A DNA stretch of 64,000 nt, counting the filler, from Dimargaris cristalligena (taxonomy: Eukaryota), in the NCBI GenBank assembly GCA_003614675.1. It is 8 parts of 8 records of this genome, joined end to end, with 100 filler letters (N's around TTAATTAATTAA, not from the genome) between each part and the next. Parts side by side here need not be neighbours in the genome. Positions count along the whole stretch, not along the records: positions 49,356 to 57,351 come from ML003357.1; positions 57,452 to 64,000 come from ML003506.1; 6 more parts are not named here. The stretch is one strand, 5' to 3'. The position numbers and the translations under genes are program-made. This document shows, one piece after another, positions 49,356-60,801 of the stretch. How positions within the stretch are numbered: the first letter of the stretch is position 1; each line of letters opens with the position of its first letter. The notes beneath the pieces were generated by a model, which saw only the letters and a program-made list of their open reading frames with translations, did no database searches and was not told the DNA's origin.

Positions 49356-51688
49356 GCATATACCCCTTTAGTATTTTCACATGCATTGAATTTCACCCAT
49401 AGGTATCTGATAAACTATTTTGGAGTTCAAGTGGAGTCTAGAAACTATATAGTATGTCTCAATCGCTTTCTGATAAAACGCCAATCAAACTACATGCTAA
49501 ATTGGGAATGGGCATGGACTGAGCGCAATATTTTGGTGAGTATCAAATGCATCTATTTGATACTCATAAGATATGGTTTCAAAAGGAAGTTCAGTATAAA
49601 TGTATACTCCTTCAGCTCCGTAAAAAAACGCCTACAACAGACTCCAATTGACCAGTCCAGTGTACTGCCAAAATTTCGAGGTATTTATATAATTCATTGG
49701 GCCGTCCCTATACTTCTGTGGGTTTTTTATTATTATCTGTATGTTGGTTTTTAATCGTATAATATTCAAGGTCAATTTCGACCATTTCAACTGCTATGGT
49801 GTATTTTTGGCTGATGCATGTAGCCGTAGAGGACCTTGGTTAACTAGTTCGCCATCTACCACACATTTACTTATGTACCAGTTGCCGAGGTCGATCGAGT
49901 TGGCCTGTCTAATAATATACCTTCGTTTTTTATGACGCTGTAGCTGGTGTACCTTCGTCCTGACTAAAATTCTCTACTTCTTCTTTCCGAATGTTTGGTA
50001 GACCGATACGAACGGGTGGATGATAAATGCCGCTGGTGGGATATTAGACTTAAACCACTTTAGCGGTTTGTCGGTAACGCGCCATCTGCCTCTATTCCTG
50101 TATTAGGAGGGATAGATTCACTGTTGGTAAAGTCTCTGCTTGAAGTTCTGCCTGACCCTCAGTGTGCTGCCCCTGGTAAATACGAGTGTGATTTTCCAAC
50201 GAACACTCCACCCAGTGCACTCTAGAAATGCCACACCCGTATTGCTGATACCTTGATTGAGCAAGTGCGCCTCTCTGAAATCGTGATAATCTGGCAATCT
50301 ACTCGATCTATCTATATTTATAATACTTTTTTTTGTCAAAAATGTGGTAATCTATCCTATTCCGAGCCATTGTCGCCCCTAAACACGGGACCTGTAGTTC
50401 TAGTATTTCTACCCTAATCCCTGCCTTAATGGGAGGCATTTTTACAACAACATCTTACTTTCTTACCGCTATACCAACAATTACTAAAACGGGCCATCGA
50501 AAATCCAAGGGCACGCCAGTGCTCACCCGTCTTGCTTACGAATCACTAATACTTTGGTTATTCTACACGGTCGCTTCGATTCCTGGATCGGCTTACATGG
50601 ATGCCAAATGTACTAATGTAAGTTATTTCAGAGCCTCAAGCAGACATTGCCTCTCATCTCCGCTCACTGTAGGCATTATGGCGAATTTATGATTACGTAT
50701 TCTACTATTGGGCTGTTCTAAACAAGCACAGGCTTCGATTGTAGGCCGTATACTAGTATTGGCATTCGATATGGTGGTACCCAGCGGTGGTCTCCTCAAT
50801 TGATCAGTAGACTGACGCATGCCACTGTCTGATATATACCCTAATATCTATTTCGTAAGATTAGTAAGAGACAGGGTATAATAGGAGAAAAGCTTTAGCT
50901 GAGCCAATTATTCAGGCCAAGTTATTACATTGAACATCATGCATGGGGCAGGGTCACCGTTAACGATAATTGAACAGGTTGTCCCATATTGGCCTTAGAC
51001 CTCGACTTTGCTGTATAATTGGGGCTAATTGGTTGTGTGTTTTCAAATGCGCGGTTCTGAAAGGGAACTAGTTGGCGCTGGCTGGTCCTATTATATTGGT
51101 CTCTAGTTTGCTTTATGCTATAAACACCTATAGATTTATATAACCACACAATGCTACGAAATGTAGATTAACGGAGTGTACTACAAGCACTTCTGCCAGA
51201 AGATGGAGGTGTCGAGTCCATCGCCTGAAGGGTAGTCGGGGACTCTTGGCTGGATCTCCCGCCTGTTACACGGTGCAGCAGGTCTGCATCTGTAGTGTTG
51301 CATCGAGGCCATGGTATGCATAGGTAGCGTGGTGCTGCCCTACACACTGTGGGCCTAAACCACCTGACTGCCATTAATGCGAATGTCCTGTTTCATTTAT
51401 TCTTTTTATAAACCGGAATATTGTCACATTCGCCCTCCCTCTTTTTCCAAACGGAGCCTTCCGAGTCCGCCTTCAGGCGATATAAATCAGAGCGAATACC
51501 GTCTTTTATGCCAGTATTCCGGGCTTTTCTTGTGCAACACCCAATGCCAGAGAACTTGCGTGACTAAGCTACTTATACCTTCTCTACGAGTCCATTTATT
51601 AAATTATTAATCCCGGCCCCATCCTTGTCACAGAGTCTTTCCGTACGTAGTTTTCAGTGGTTCTATTTCGACCTACAATAGCGTGTCC

Positions 51689-52576
51689 ATGGCCACTCCT
51701 AACCCTCTCGAACGCGGCGGCGACCGTCCACGTAGCCTGTTCAACTTCAGCAGTCTTGCCCCATCTTTGCCCACTCCTTCCCCAACTGCCTCGGTGGCAC
51801 TCTATAAACCCACTCCGGTCGGTCCCACCGATAAAATGGCTGCGCCCCACACCCCCGCACCCACTCCACCCCACTGCCGAAGCCCTTCGGTTCGCTCCAC
51901 TGCCCCCCGAAAGAGTCCGGCGCTGGGTCCGCGGGAGTGTCAGCCGCCCATTTTCGTTTACCTGCCGGTTTCGCTAACGGACCGGGCCGACCTGGTGGAT
52001 GAGCATGTTCGCGTGGCCCTGGATTTGACCCTGGCGGAGGCGGTGCCCAGCGAAGCAGTAGCCCAGTACCATTGGAAAAAGGACCGACTGGGGATCTCCC
52101 TCTACAGCCCCGAAATGGTCTTCAATGTCGTGACCTGCCCCTTCCTAGTGGGTGGGAAACGGTACTCTTGGTTCTCGAGCGGAGTGGAAATCCGACCCAT
52201 CGCCATTTGCGACGTTCCTAGTAGCTTTCCCCTCACCCAACTCCAGGAGGCCCTCCGTCGCTGGGGGCATTTCAACGACGCCCACCGGCAATTAGACTAC
52301 AAAGGTCGCTGGTGGGGGAAATGGGTCGGGCTACTTTACCTGAAGGAAGGGAAGGTGCTGCCCAACTCGATTTATGTGTTCGGCTTTGCGGCCATGCCTG
52401 TCCAGCCCTTGGACGAGGCGGTCTCTTGCACCCAATGCCATGTTATTGGTAAGCACAGCTGTGTGTGCCCACCGCCTGCCGCCCCTGTCCCTGCGATTGT
52501 GTTCAAAAATGAAAAAATCACCGCCGCTCCCTCTCCAGCAGGTCCGTCAGCCAGTTCCCGACCCCATCCATCCTAA
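51689..52576 (+). mobile_element. Non-LTR retrotransposon ORF1 (gag-like) protein with no ORF2
   Basis: IAICDVPSSFPLTQLQEALRRWG (ORF1 RRM-like), LPNSIYV and a degenerate zinc knuckle CTQCHVIGKHSCVCP, with Pro-rich flanks. Confidence 0.6.
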
Positions 52577-53230
52577 AACCCAACTGCGCAACTAATAGGT
52601 ACTAACTAGGAAGCCAGGGTTCAGTTTTCCTGTCGTTCCAAATGTTGACTGGCAGCCACATCTTAGCGTGGCCTACTATGTCTTCGGTGATCATTTTGAC
52701 CAAGGGAATCCCTGTTTGTATTGCTTTAGTTTAAAGCCATTCTCTCTAATAAATCATTGCTCCAAAACGAGCATTATTAAAATATCTAGTATATAGACTA
52801 AGGTATAGGTAAGATTAAAAAATTATACTATATGGCTTTAGGAATTGTTATTATAAAGCTCATCTCTCGATTAGCCCAACAGTACCCATTATCAAGCATC
52901 TCATTTTTCTTATTTTCGTTGAATGGGTCGCATCCGCTGTCACTATCTTATAGACATATCTGTTCTTTTTTTCGACAAATATAGGGTCTGGGATATAATT
53001 AACTCTGCTTTATAACAAAAATTACATTTACGGAAAAGGTTCGGGCAGGCCAAGGGTAACGCCATCACTTACTTCTCATCTACATTTCACTTGGTGCCTG
53101 ATACAGCCGACGATAGGTTACTTCCACCAAGATTTAACATCCGATTTTAAGCAGCGACTAGTGTCTATAAGTAAAATTTAATATACATGTTTGTCGTTGT
53201 TTGGTAGCAGGAGAAATGGGTGCATCATAG

Positions 53231-55600
53231 TTACCTGTCGCCTAATGACCGGAGTAGCTCCCAGTTTCGTTGTTTGGTCGCATTTTGGTTGACCAATCGG
53301 GTCCATTGGGAAGACCGCCTATCTAAATTTCGCCCACTCTGGCAGGCCTGTTGGTTGACACAATCAATCATGGTATTGGCAATGTGGTTATAAACAAAAG
53401 ATTTAGACCATTTTTCCGACTGCCTACCCGACGAAACCAGATGATTGGGTAGTAGCTGTGGTTCCGGCGTATTTCGGCGACTAGACTGTCCGGTTAGACG
53501 GCCCACTTGAGTATTGGTGGAGGATACCCTTGAAAGAGCCAGATACTGATCTAGAATGGTGGGCATTCTCGTTAAGGAATCTGGGAAATGCCTTAGAGCG
53601 ATTATGACAGCCGTATAGATTCGGGAAATGGGATAGTAAAAAGTTATATGATCCGCCAGAGTCGTCTCTACTGGTGCAGAAAGTGTAGGGAAACCAGTTC
53701 GACCTTCCATTGAGAGGGATTGGAGCTGAGCCAGCCGCGGCTCCAGGCGACGGAAAATGGTCAAGATCCGCTGGAAATCACGCACACGGTACGCCATGTC
53801 TAATTGGATACTGTAGAATATCCACCGGAGAGTGGGACTTTCTGGGGCTAGGTGGGGTTCATAGGCAAACCATTGGCAGGCAACCCGGTAGACGGGGTGG
53901 GCAGGAGAACGACCCGAATTGGCCGATTTTAGCATACCACGGAATCGTTCGAGCATAAACACGCAGATTTGGGTGGCTTGAAGATCAGATATACGCGCTA
54001 GATAACGGCCAAATAGATCATGAGCGTTAGTCAGTCGGCCCAGCTGAATATTTACGTCGAGGAATACGGCCAGGGTTTCGGCACTCATGAGGTGGGGCTG
54101 TGAGTGTACCTCCCTCCATAGATCAGCGATAGCCTCGCCTTGCTGGGTACGCTGGTAATGGTGGATTAGGTGGCGGACCCGAGCGGGAGTCTTGGCGATG
54201 TAGCACTCGTCCTGCAACCATAGTTCCAATTCGTGAATAAGGGGATACAGCTGGCGCTGGGCCAGTATATTGGCCATCTGGTCCCACACCTGAGGATCGT
54301 GGGGTTCGGTCAGGGGAATATCCTTAGCCGCGCGGATCATTGTCCAAAAAGATGTAGAATCGGCTCGTTCAGCGATCTGCATAAGTAGGCTATCGAGCTC
54401 GGCCCGGGAAAACTCGTGTCGAAGAGCAACGAGTTGTTGGAGGTGGCCAGACGCGTGGTGTAAATGGCCGCTTTTAAGCGTTTGTCGGAGGGCCACAAGG
54501 TACAGGGCTACCAAGGTTTGCTGGTGTGAATCGTCCAAGCTGGGTGACAGCCAATCGAACGCCTTGAGTAGCAGCGGTCTCTGACGAAAGTACGCATAGG
54601 GTTGCTGAGAGGCTCGCGTATATTTGATGTGAGAGGTCGTAGAGGACGCCGCGGTCGGCCCATCGGACTGACTGGTCGCTAAATAAGCCACCAGACGGGT
54701 GATTGCCAAGTGTAATAGGCCCACCGAGACGATCAGAGGTTCAAATAATTCCGGCGAATACGATCGCAGCAGCACGGCCAAGGGCTGACTGGCCATATAA
54801 ACGCCCAGGATGGCCACCGTCCAACGGGCCAAATACCCGGAGCTCCGCTGGTGCTGAAGAAGGCGGTCTACTTCTTGCACCACCGCTGGGATGACTTCGT
54901 AACGGTGGTCGGTACAGGCCGTGCGAACCAGCTTGGCGGCGGTAACCAAGTCCACCTGCTGGTCCTGTCGGTGAATGGTTGCGAGAAGATGGATAGCCTG
55001 CTGATAGTCCCCCGTAGCCATATAAACATTAAGAAGGGCGAGCCATAAGTTCCGTAAGGCCGCCGGGTGCACCGTCTGGGCACGTACAAACACTTCTTCC
55101 GCTAAGCCGACAACACTGGTCTGGGGCTGCAGGCGGTCAGAATCAACCAGGTTAGAGTTTGGTGGAGTTGCCGGCTCTTTCGGAACGGCTAGCCGATCAC
55201 AGGCATCAAGGGCGGCCTCAAAGAGCTGGACCGGTGCAGGGTGCGGGCTGCGGATGAGCCGCTGGACTGCATTGGCCAGGTCTTGAGTATTATCGCATGA
55301 CCAAAAGACCCGGTCCAGTAGAGTCAGTTCAGAAAGGGTGCGACGCTGGCAGTCGCCGCAGTGGGGTATCCGAAGAAGAGGTTGAGAACCCCATAAAACT
55401 CTCAACGGATAGCGAGGCCAAGTTAAAAGGGGCCTTGAAATGGAAGCGGAACGACTTTGGTAGTACCCAAGGCGCGATGGTGGTGGGCTAATGGGGTGAA
55501 TGAAATGTTGACCCGAAGGAGCTCGGCGGGCCAAGGCAACACCCCATGGGATAGACCTGCTTAAAGCTATCCTATGCAGCTGGACGACAAGTGTCACCAT
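53231..55600 (-). CDS. PPR-like helical-repeat protein, probably mitochondrial
   Basis: ORF of about 790 codons with an Arg-rich presequence-like N-terminus. PPR-like units include LWLALLNVYMATGDYQQAIHLL, AVFLDVNIQLGRLTNAHDLF and IYTAVIIAL. Confidence 0.65.
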   Translation of the reverse strand: MVTLVVQLHRIALSRSIPWGVALARRAPSGQHFIHPISPPPSRLGYYQSRSASISRPLLTWPRYPLRVLWGSQPLLRIPHCGDCQRRTLSELTLLDRVFWSCDNTQDLANAVQRLIRSPHPAPVQLFEAALDACDRLAVPKEPATPPNSNLVDSDRLQPQTSVVGLAEEVFVRAQTVHPAALRNLWLALLNVYMATGDYQQAIHLLATIHRQDQQVDLVTAAKLVRTACTDHRYEVIPAVVQEVDRLLQHQRSSGYLARWTVAILGVYMASQPLAVLLRSYSPELFEPLIVSVGLLHLAITRLVAYLATSQSDGPTAASSTTSHIKYTRASQQPYAYFRQRPLLLKAFDWLSPSLDDSHQQTLVALYLVALRQTLKSGHLHHASGHLQQLVALRHEFSRAELDSLLMQIAERADSTSFWTMIRAAKDIPLTEPHDPQVWDQMANILAQRQLYPLIHELELWLQDECYIAKTPARVRHLIHHYQRTQQGEAIADLWREVHSQPHLMSAETLAVFLDVNIQLGRLTNAHDLFGRYLARISDLQATQICVFMLERFRGMLKSANSGRSPAHPVYRVACQWFAYEPHLAPESPTLRWIFYSIQLDMAYRVRDFQRILTIFRRLEPRLAQLQSLSMEGRTGFPTLSAPVETTLADHITFYYPISRIYTAVIIALRHFPDSLTRMPTILDQYLALSRVSSTNTQVGRLTGQSSRRNTPEPQLLPNHLVSSGRQSEKWSKSFVYNHIANTMIDCVNQQACQSGRNLDRRSSQWTRLVNQNATKQRNWELLRSLGDR

Positions 55601-56036
55601 AAGAGAGGAAAGGGTAACAGTGATAAGGAGCGAAATATAAAGGTGAAGAACGTTGGGAGCGTATAATACCACCGCAAAAGGGCTCGAATAATAAAAGGAA
55701 AATAGCAGAATCAAAGAGAAATCGGAGAACCGAGGTAATCAGGGCATACTAGGCTGGCCATCATGAAACCGTTTCCTCACTTAGGGAATCCCTTTTGGTG
55801 ACGTCGGGCACATTGAATGCCCCTGGTGCTGGTTCTTAAAGTATTACTTCCTCTCTTCTATTCTTTTATAGTTTCCAAATGTTTTGTGCCTCGGCGGCTT
55901 CCTTCCTGTCTACCCCTCATTTGCCACACTAATTCATTATACTTCGGCCGCCGTCTTCAGCTGTTTTGCCTCGGTCAAATACTCTTGCCTCTGGGGAATG
56001 TGACATACCGCACCACTCGCAGCCTCGCTATTGCCA

Positions 56037-56971
56037 ATGACCCTAGTGCCCACTTTTTCTTCTATAGCCCAGCGGTGGATCCGAGCGAGGTCACTAAGCA
56101 GCACCGTTCGCCCTCTGGTTAGTCGTTTAGAGACCACGGCCCTCGGAGCCCAACCAAATGCACTCAGTAAACGGCATTCCGCTTTTAGGAGCCGTCGTAG
56201 TAACAGTCCAAGTTCACCACTAGCGTCTTTGGCAGTACTGGTGCGATCTTTTTCTTCTAGTGCGGTACACCACAATACCACAGAGACTCCCCCCCACACA
56301 GACACCGGTGGGCCAAGTCGACCCGAGGAATTAATTACACCGCGACAGCCGATAAAAATTGTGTTGAATGATAATGACCTGGAGGAGAAGTTCGTCAAGG
56401 GGAGCGGTAACGGCGGGCAGAAGATCAATAAAACCAACAACCGGGTACAACTGAGACACCTTCCTAGCGGGATTATTATCGAGGTAATGTAAATGTTGGT
56501 ATCCTATGCACTGAATACCAACCTGGACTATTTGTGGTGTAGCTACCGATTATGGTTGCAGTGGGGTGCTCCTTAAACCAGCACCTGGGCAGTCCTTATT
56601 ATTATACCTGGCTTGATGAATTGGTGGTAATCCACCTAATACACTCTATTACCAATGTATATTGGAAAAAGGGAAATCGTCAAGCCTACTAATCTCATTA
56701 ATTTCTTTCTCCGCCACTGTCAATTCACCAGTGCCAAGAAACCCGGTCACTCGAACAGAATCGGAAAATAGCACGGAAGCGTCTGATTGCCAAGCTCGAT
56801 GAGCTACACAATGGAGACCAATCCAAAATAGCGAAGAAACTTGATAAAGTCCGAAAACGTAAAAGTCGGAAGCGTCAAAAAACTAAGAAGAAATACACCG
56901 ATGACGTTCAAAACTGCGATTCTCCAGTAGACAATACTCAGACATTAGATATGGATGCCAAAGTAGAATAA
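56037..56971 (+). CDS. MTRFR: Mitochondrial ribosome-rescue peptidyl-tRNA hydrolase (mtRF-R / C12orf65 family); 2 exons (56037-56483, 56732-56971)
   Basis: DLEEKFVKGSGNGGQKINKT..VQLRHLPSGIIIE|CQETRSLEQNRKIAR with a Lys/Arg-rich tail and no codon-recognition domain. Confidence 0.9.
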
Positions 56972-57351
56972 ATATAATTGTATTCCAAACAGTGGATTGT
57001 TCACCCAAGAAGGAATGGGTTTACATTGACGTAGCTTGGGTTATTCCTTCTGAGCAGATTCTATATATATATTAGTATCATAAAATTTCCAAGAGCCAGG
57101 CTGGACAAAATAACTTGGCCTGGGGATTTCTAAGTCTGGTATTTACCTCGGCAGCACTGGCATATAAAAAAATGACATTAATAATATACGTGATAAATTA
57201 AACCAAATTATCTATACATATATTTGTCTGTAATATTAGACACTATATACTAAACATACATGGCCCACGTATACATCTGGAACCATGGCACTTAAAATAA
57301 TATCCAAGTATATGCAGTTCCTAGCATTTCCTTGTAATCAACGGAACATGA

Positions 57352-57451
57352 NNNNNNNNNNNNNNNNNNNNNNNNNNNNNNNNNNNNNNNNNNNNTTAAT
57401 TAATTAANNNNNNNNNNNNNNNNNNNNNNNNNNNNNNNNNNNNNNNNNNNN
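57352..57451. other. Artificial contig-joining spacer
   Basis: N44-TTAATTAATTAA-N44. Confidence 0.99.
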
Positions 57452-57475
57452 GTCCACTTGTAGCTTCGCGCGTAA

Positions 57476-58858
57476 ACATCGCCCGGCCAGATTCTGGGTA
57501 AAAAGGAGACCTTACCCTTTGACGACGCCAATGCCAACTTCCTGCGCTCCATTACGTTCCGCAGTACGGACGTGACGCGTTTTGATCACATTCTACTCCA
57601 GATTCAGGAAATGAAGAAGGAGCAAGCCAAGAAGGAGGCCGAACGTAAGGAAATGGCTGATATCGTGGTCCAGGATAAGCTCGTCGAAGCCCGCGGGAAG
57701 CGGCCCATTCGTCTGCCCGACGTATTCGCCCGGCCTGATTTAGGGGGACGCCGTGTTCCCGGTGAACTGGCTATCCATAGCAACGGTGTGCGGTTCCAGC
57801 ACCCGGTACAAAGTGAGCAGCGTATTGATGTACTCTTCTCCAATATCCAACACATGTTCTTCCACCCCTGTGACGGTGAACTCGTGGTCCTCGTCCACTT
57901 CCACCTTAAGAACCCCATCATCATCGGCAAAAAGAAGACCCGGGATGTCCAGTTCTACCGCGAAGCTTCGGATGCGCAATTCGACGAAACCGGTAATCGG
58001 CGCCGGCGCTTCCGCTATGGTGATGAAGACGAACTGGAGGCCGAGCAGGAAGAACGTCGTCACCGCCAGCAACTGAACCAGGAATTCCGCAAGTTCGCCG
58101 AACAAATTACGGAGCAGAGCGGCAATATGGTCCAAGTGGATATCCCTTACCGTGACCTCGGTTTCAACGGTGTCCCATTCCGGTCCAACGCACTTTTGCA
58201 ACCCACCACCGAGTGCCTGATCCAACTGACCGACATGCCCTTTTTGGTGGTCACCATGGCCGAAGTGGAAATCGCCAGTTTAGAACGCGTCCAATTCGGG
58301 CTCAAGAATTTCGATTTAGTGTTCATTTTCCGCGACTTCACCAAACCGCCGGTCCACGTCAATACTATCCCCATGAGCCAGTTGGACCATGTGAAGGAAT
58401 GGCTCGATTCGATGGACGTGGTGTTTTCCGAAAACACCATCAATTTGAACTGGTCGGCTATTATGAAAACGGTCCGCGATGACCCGGCCCAATTTTTCCA
58501 GGATGGCGGTTGGGGGTTCCTGCTGGAGGATGCGGGAGCCGATGGCGATGACGACGACCAGTCGTCAGATGGCAGTGAATTTGCCTTGACCGACGATGAT
58601 GTGGATGTGGCGTCGTCATCGGATGACGATAGTGACGAATATTCGTCGGCAGTGGCGACGGAGTCGGACGAATCCGGAAGCGGCAGTGACGAAGGGGAAG
58701 AATCCGGGGAGGATTGGGACGCGCTGGAAGAAAAGGCGCGGCGGTACGATGAGCGTAAACGGGCCTTGAACGGCGAAGGCGAGGAAGAGGAGGACCCTCG
58801 CAGGGGCAGCAAAGGCCGGAGTCGAGATGCTCCGCAGAAGAAGCGCTCTCGTCATTAA
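57476..58858 (+). CDS. SPT16: FACT complex subunit Spt16, C-terminal part (5'-truncated)
   Basis: [51 protein letters not shown] and an acidic tail with GEDWDALE. Confidence 0.97.
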   Translation, partial: TSPGQILGKKETLPFDDANANFLRSITFRSTDVTRFDHILLQIQEMKKEQAKKEAERKEMADIVVQDKLVEARGKRPIRLPDVFARPDLGGRRVPGELAIHSNGVRFQHPVQSEQRIDVLFSNIQHMFFHPCDGELVVLVHFHLKNPIIIGKKKTRDVQFYREASDAQFDETGNRRRRFRYGDEDELEAEQEERRHRQQLNQEFRKFAEQITEQSGNMVQVDIPYRDLGFNGVPFRSNALLQPTTECLIQLTDMPFLVVTMAEVEIASLERVQFGLKNFDLVFIFRDFTKPPVHVNTIPMSQLDHVKEWLDSMDVVFSENTINLNWSAIMKTVRDDPAQFFQDGGWGFLLEDAGADGDDDDQSSDGSEFALTDDDVDVASSSDDDSDEYSSAVATESDESGSGSDEGEESGEDWDALEEKARRYDERKRALNGEGEEEEDPRRGSKGRSRDAPQKKRSRH

Positions 58859-60083
58859 CCGATCTGTTCTCTGTATGCCCCTTATCTGGACACTCTTGAT
58901 TGATCAACCTCCCCCACTCACCCTTATTAACTCGGTTTATCCAGTTAGCTACTTTTTCCGCGTAGCCTTATTTCCCCCTTCGTACTTGATCGATCCGATT
59001 ACGGCACATTCTATGGGGTGCGGGTAGATCTTTTCGTATTCGACCACGGTGGCCCATCGCAGGTTGCTGCGTAGCCTCCATTGCGAAACGAACATTCATT
59101 CTATCATAATCACTTCACGATTTTACGATACTATTAGCGACCGTTTATTCCAATGCCACTTACTATTCCTACAATAATTGTTATTACCAAACCGAGTTAA
59201 TGGAGGTGATGTTACCCTGCGATGTTTACGCGCGAAGCTACAAGTGGACTTACCACTATGGAATTTATATATGTAACCATTTTTTTAAAAAAATACGGGC
59301 AATTTCACCCCCTACCCTTTTTCTTCTGCGAGCGTTTAATGCGAATAAATATGGCCATTTTTTTTGTGATAAGAATGAATTGCATCAAGTTGCCGCGGGT
59401 ACTCTTCAAGAATGGCGTTGGATTTAAACATGCGGATATGACACCCTGCTCATTTCTACAACTGTCCAATGTGACATTCCTATTAAATCGAGTCAGTATT
59501 ATTGATTGCGACGCAGCATTTATTTACGTGGAAATGGTATATTACACATGGTATCGTTTTAGTGCCTATTCTAGGAGGGTGGGGTGACCTAATTTCCACC
59601 GCTGGATCGTCGTATACTAAGATCTGCTTACCAGTACGTACACCCAAGTGCTAATATAGAGCGCAACGCCGCTACCTCCGCCAACTGACACGGTGTTGCT
59701 AATAGGTTTATTCATATTGATACTACCTACCCCTGTTTGTATGACCATCAATCGGCTATGGGATTTTTCAATTAAACCCGGCCTTTGCTAGGCCATTTCC
59801 TTTTAATCGTTGATGCCCCCATTCGCCTACCTTGTTTGATGTTACAGAAGCTATGGGGGAAACATAGCAAACTGCGGCTAATGCTAGATAAACACGGACG
59901 CCCAACGTCGACCAAACAGTGCAGAGGGCTAGGCCTTAGACCGGGGCAGAGCTCTCCGCAGTTGAACCGCCATCGCCGAAGGAGGGTCCAACAATGCTAC
60001 CAGTGCCAACCTTGGCATAACTGCGCCAATCCTGTTGCCCAGGGCCAATTCCCTGGACCAACATAACAAAGTGCATGACTACA

Positions 60084-60202
60084 TCTCTAGACCGAAGTGC
60101 GGCGAAGTAGCTCCGTCTCTAGGCCGAAGTGCGGCGAAGTAGCTCCGTCTCTAGGCCGAAGTGCGGCGAAGTAACCCCACCTCTAGACCGGGCTGCGGTG
60201 AA
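60084..60202 (+). repeat. 32-bp tandem repeat (minisatellite), about 3.7 copies
   Basis: Unit TCTCTAG(A/G)CCGAAGTGCGGCGAAGTAGCTCCG at 60084, 60116 and 60148, with a degenerate copy at 60180. Confidence 0.9.
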
Positions 60203-60801
60203 TGCCTTCAATATAGACTATAGGAGCGGACACTCGCAGTCCTACTCTGCTTGAACCTACAATCTTCCAATATAAACGGAAGAGTTGGCCGGGCACGATA
60301 TGAATCGTTAAATGACTATGCCCCTCATTCGCTTAGTATTAACCGCTACGCCCACGCTATTCTTTATTATACATCTCAATATAATCGGCGCACTTGATAT
60401 TCCTATTAGTTTATACACTCACCGACCTGCTCATTACACTGCCACTCTTATGTCCCAGCCTAGCACCATTTTTGCGTTTCCGATTCAAAAAGCGTTGCCT
60501 ATTGGCCAATCAAACCTAATGTATGTTTTGATGAATATCCCCGCTGATGTTTAGAGCTTTTTCGCTGGGCTTTGGCATACCCGTTAACAGAGTGTTTTCT
60601 CATGTTGTTTCATTCGGAGCGGCTCATTCACAAACGAAAAGACTTCGGGGATTCCTTTACTTCTTATTTACTACCAGCCCATCAACACCCTATTTATTTC
60701 CCCCCCGGTTATTTCACCGCTATTCTTTTCTATTCATTCAGCGGGGCCGCTGCCCCTTCCCCACTAGTGTTTCCTGCCCATTGCTGCCAACTGACCTTAA
60801 C

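Noticed and set aside
28992..56971. GGQ methyltransferase MTQ1 and GGQ protein mtRF-R in the same window as a functional cluster
   Set aside because: They lie on different contigs, so co-occurrence comes from concatenation.
8156..57451. TTAATTAATTAA motif recurring about every 8.2 kb
   Set aside because: It is always embedded in N runs totalling 100 nt. This is an artificial linker between length-sorted contigs, and ORFs ending in XXXX-LIN are artefacts of it.
60084..60202. 32-bp repeats resembling a CRISPR array
   Set aside because: The units are directly adjacent with no unique spacers, there are no cas genes, and the context is eukaryotic. It is a minisatellite.
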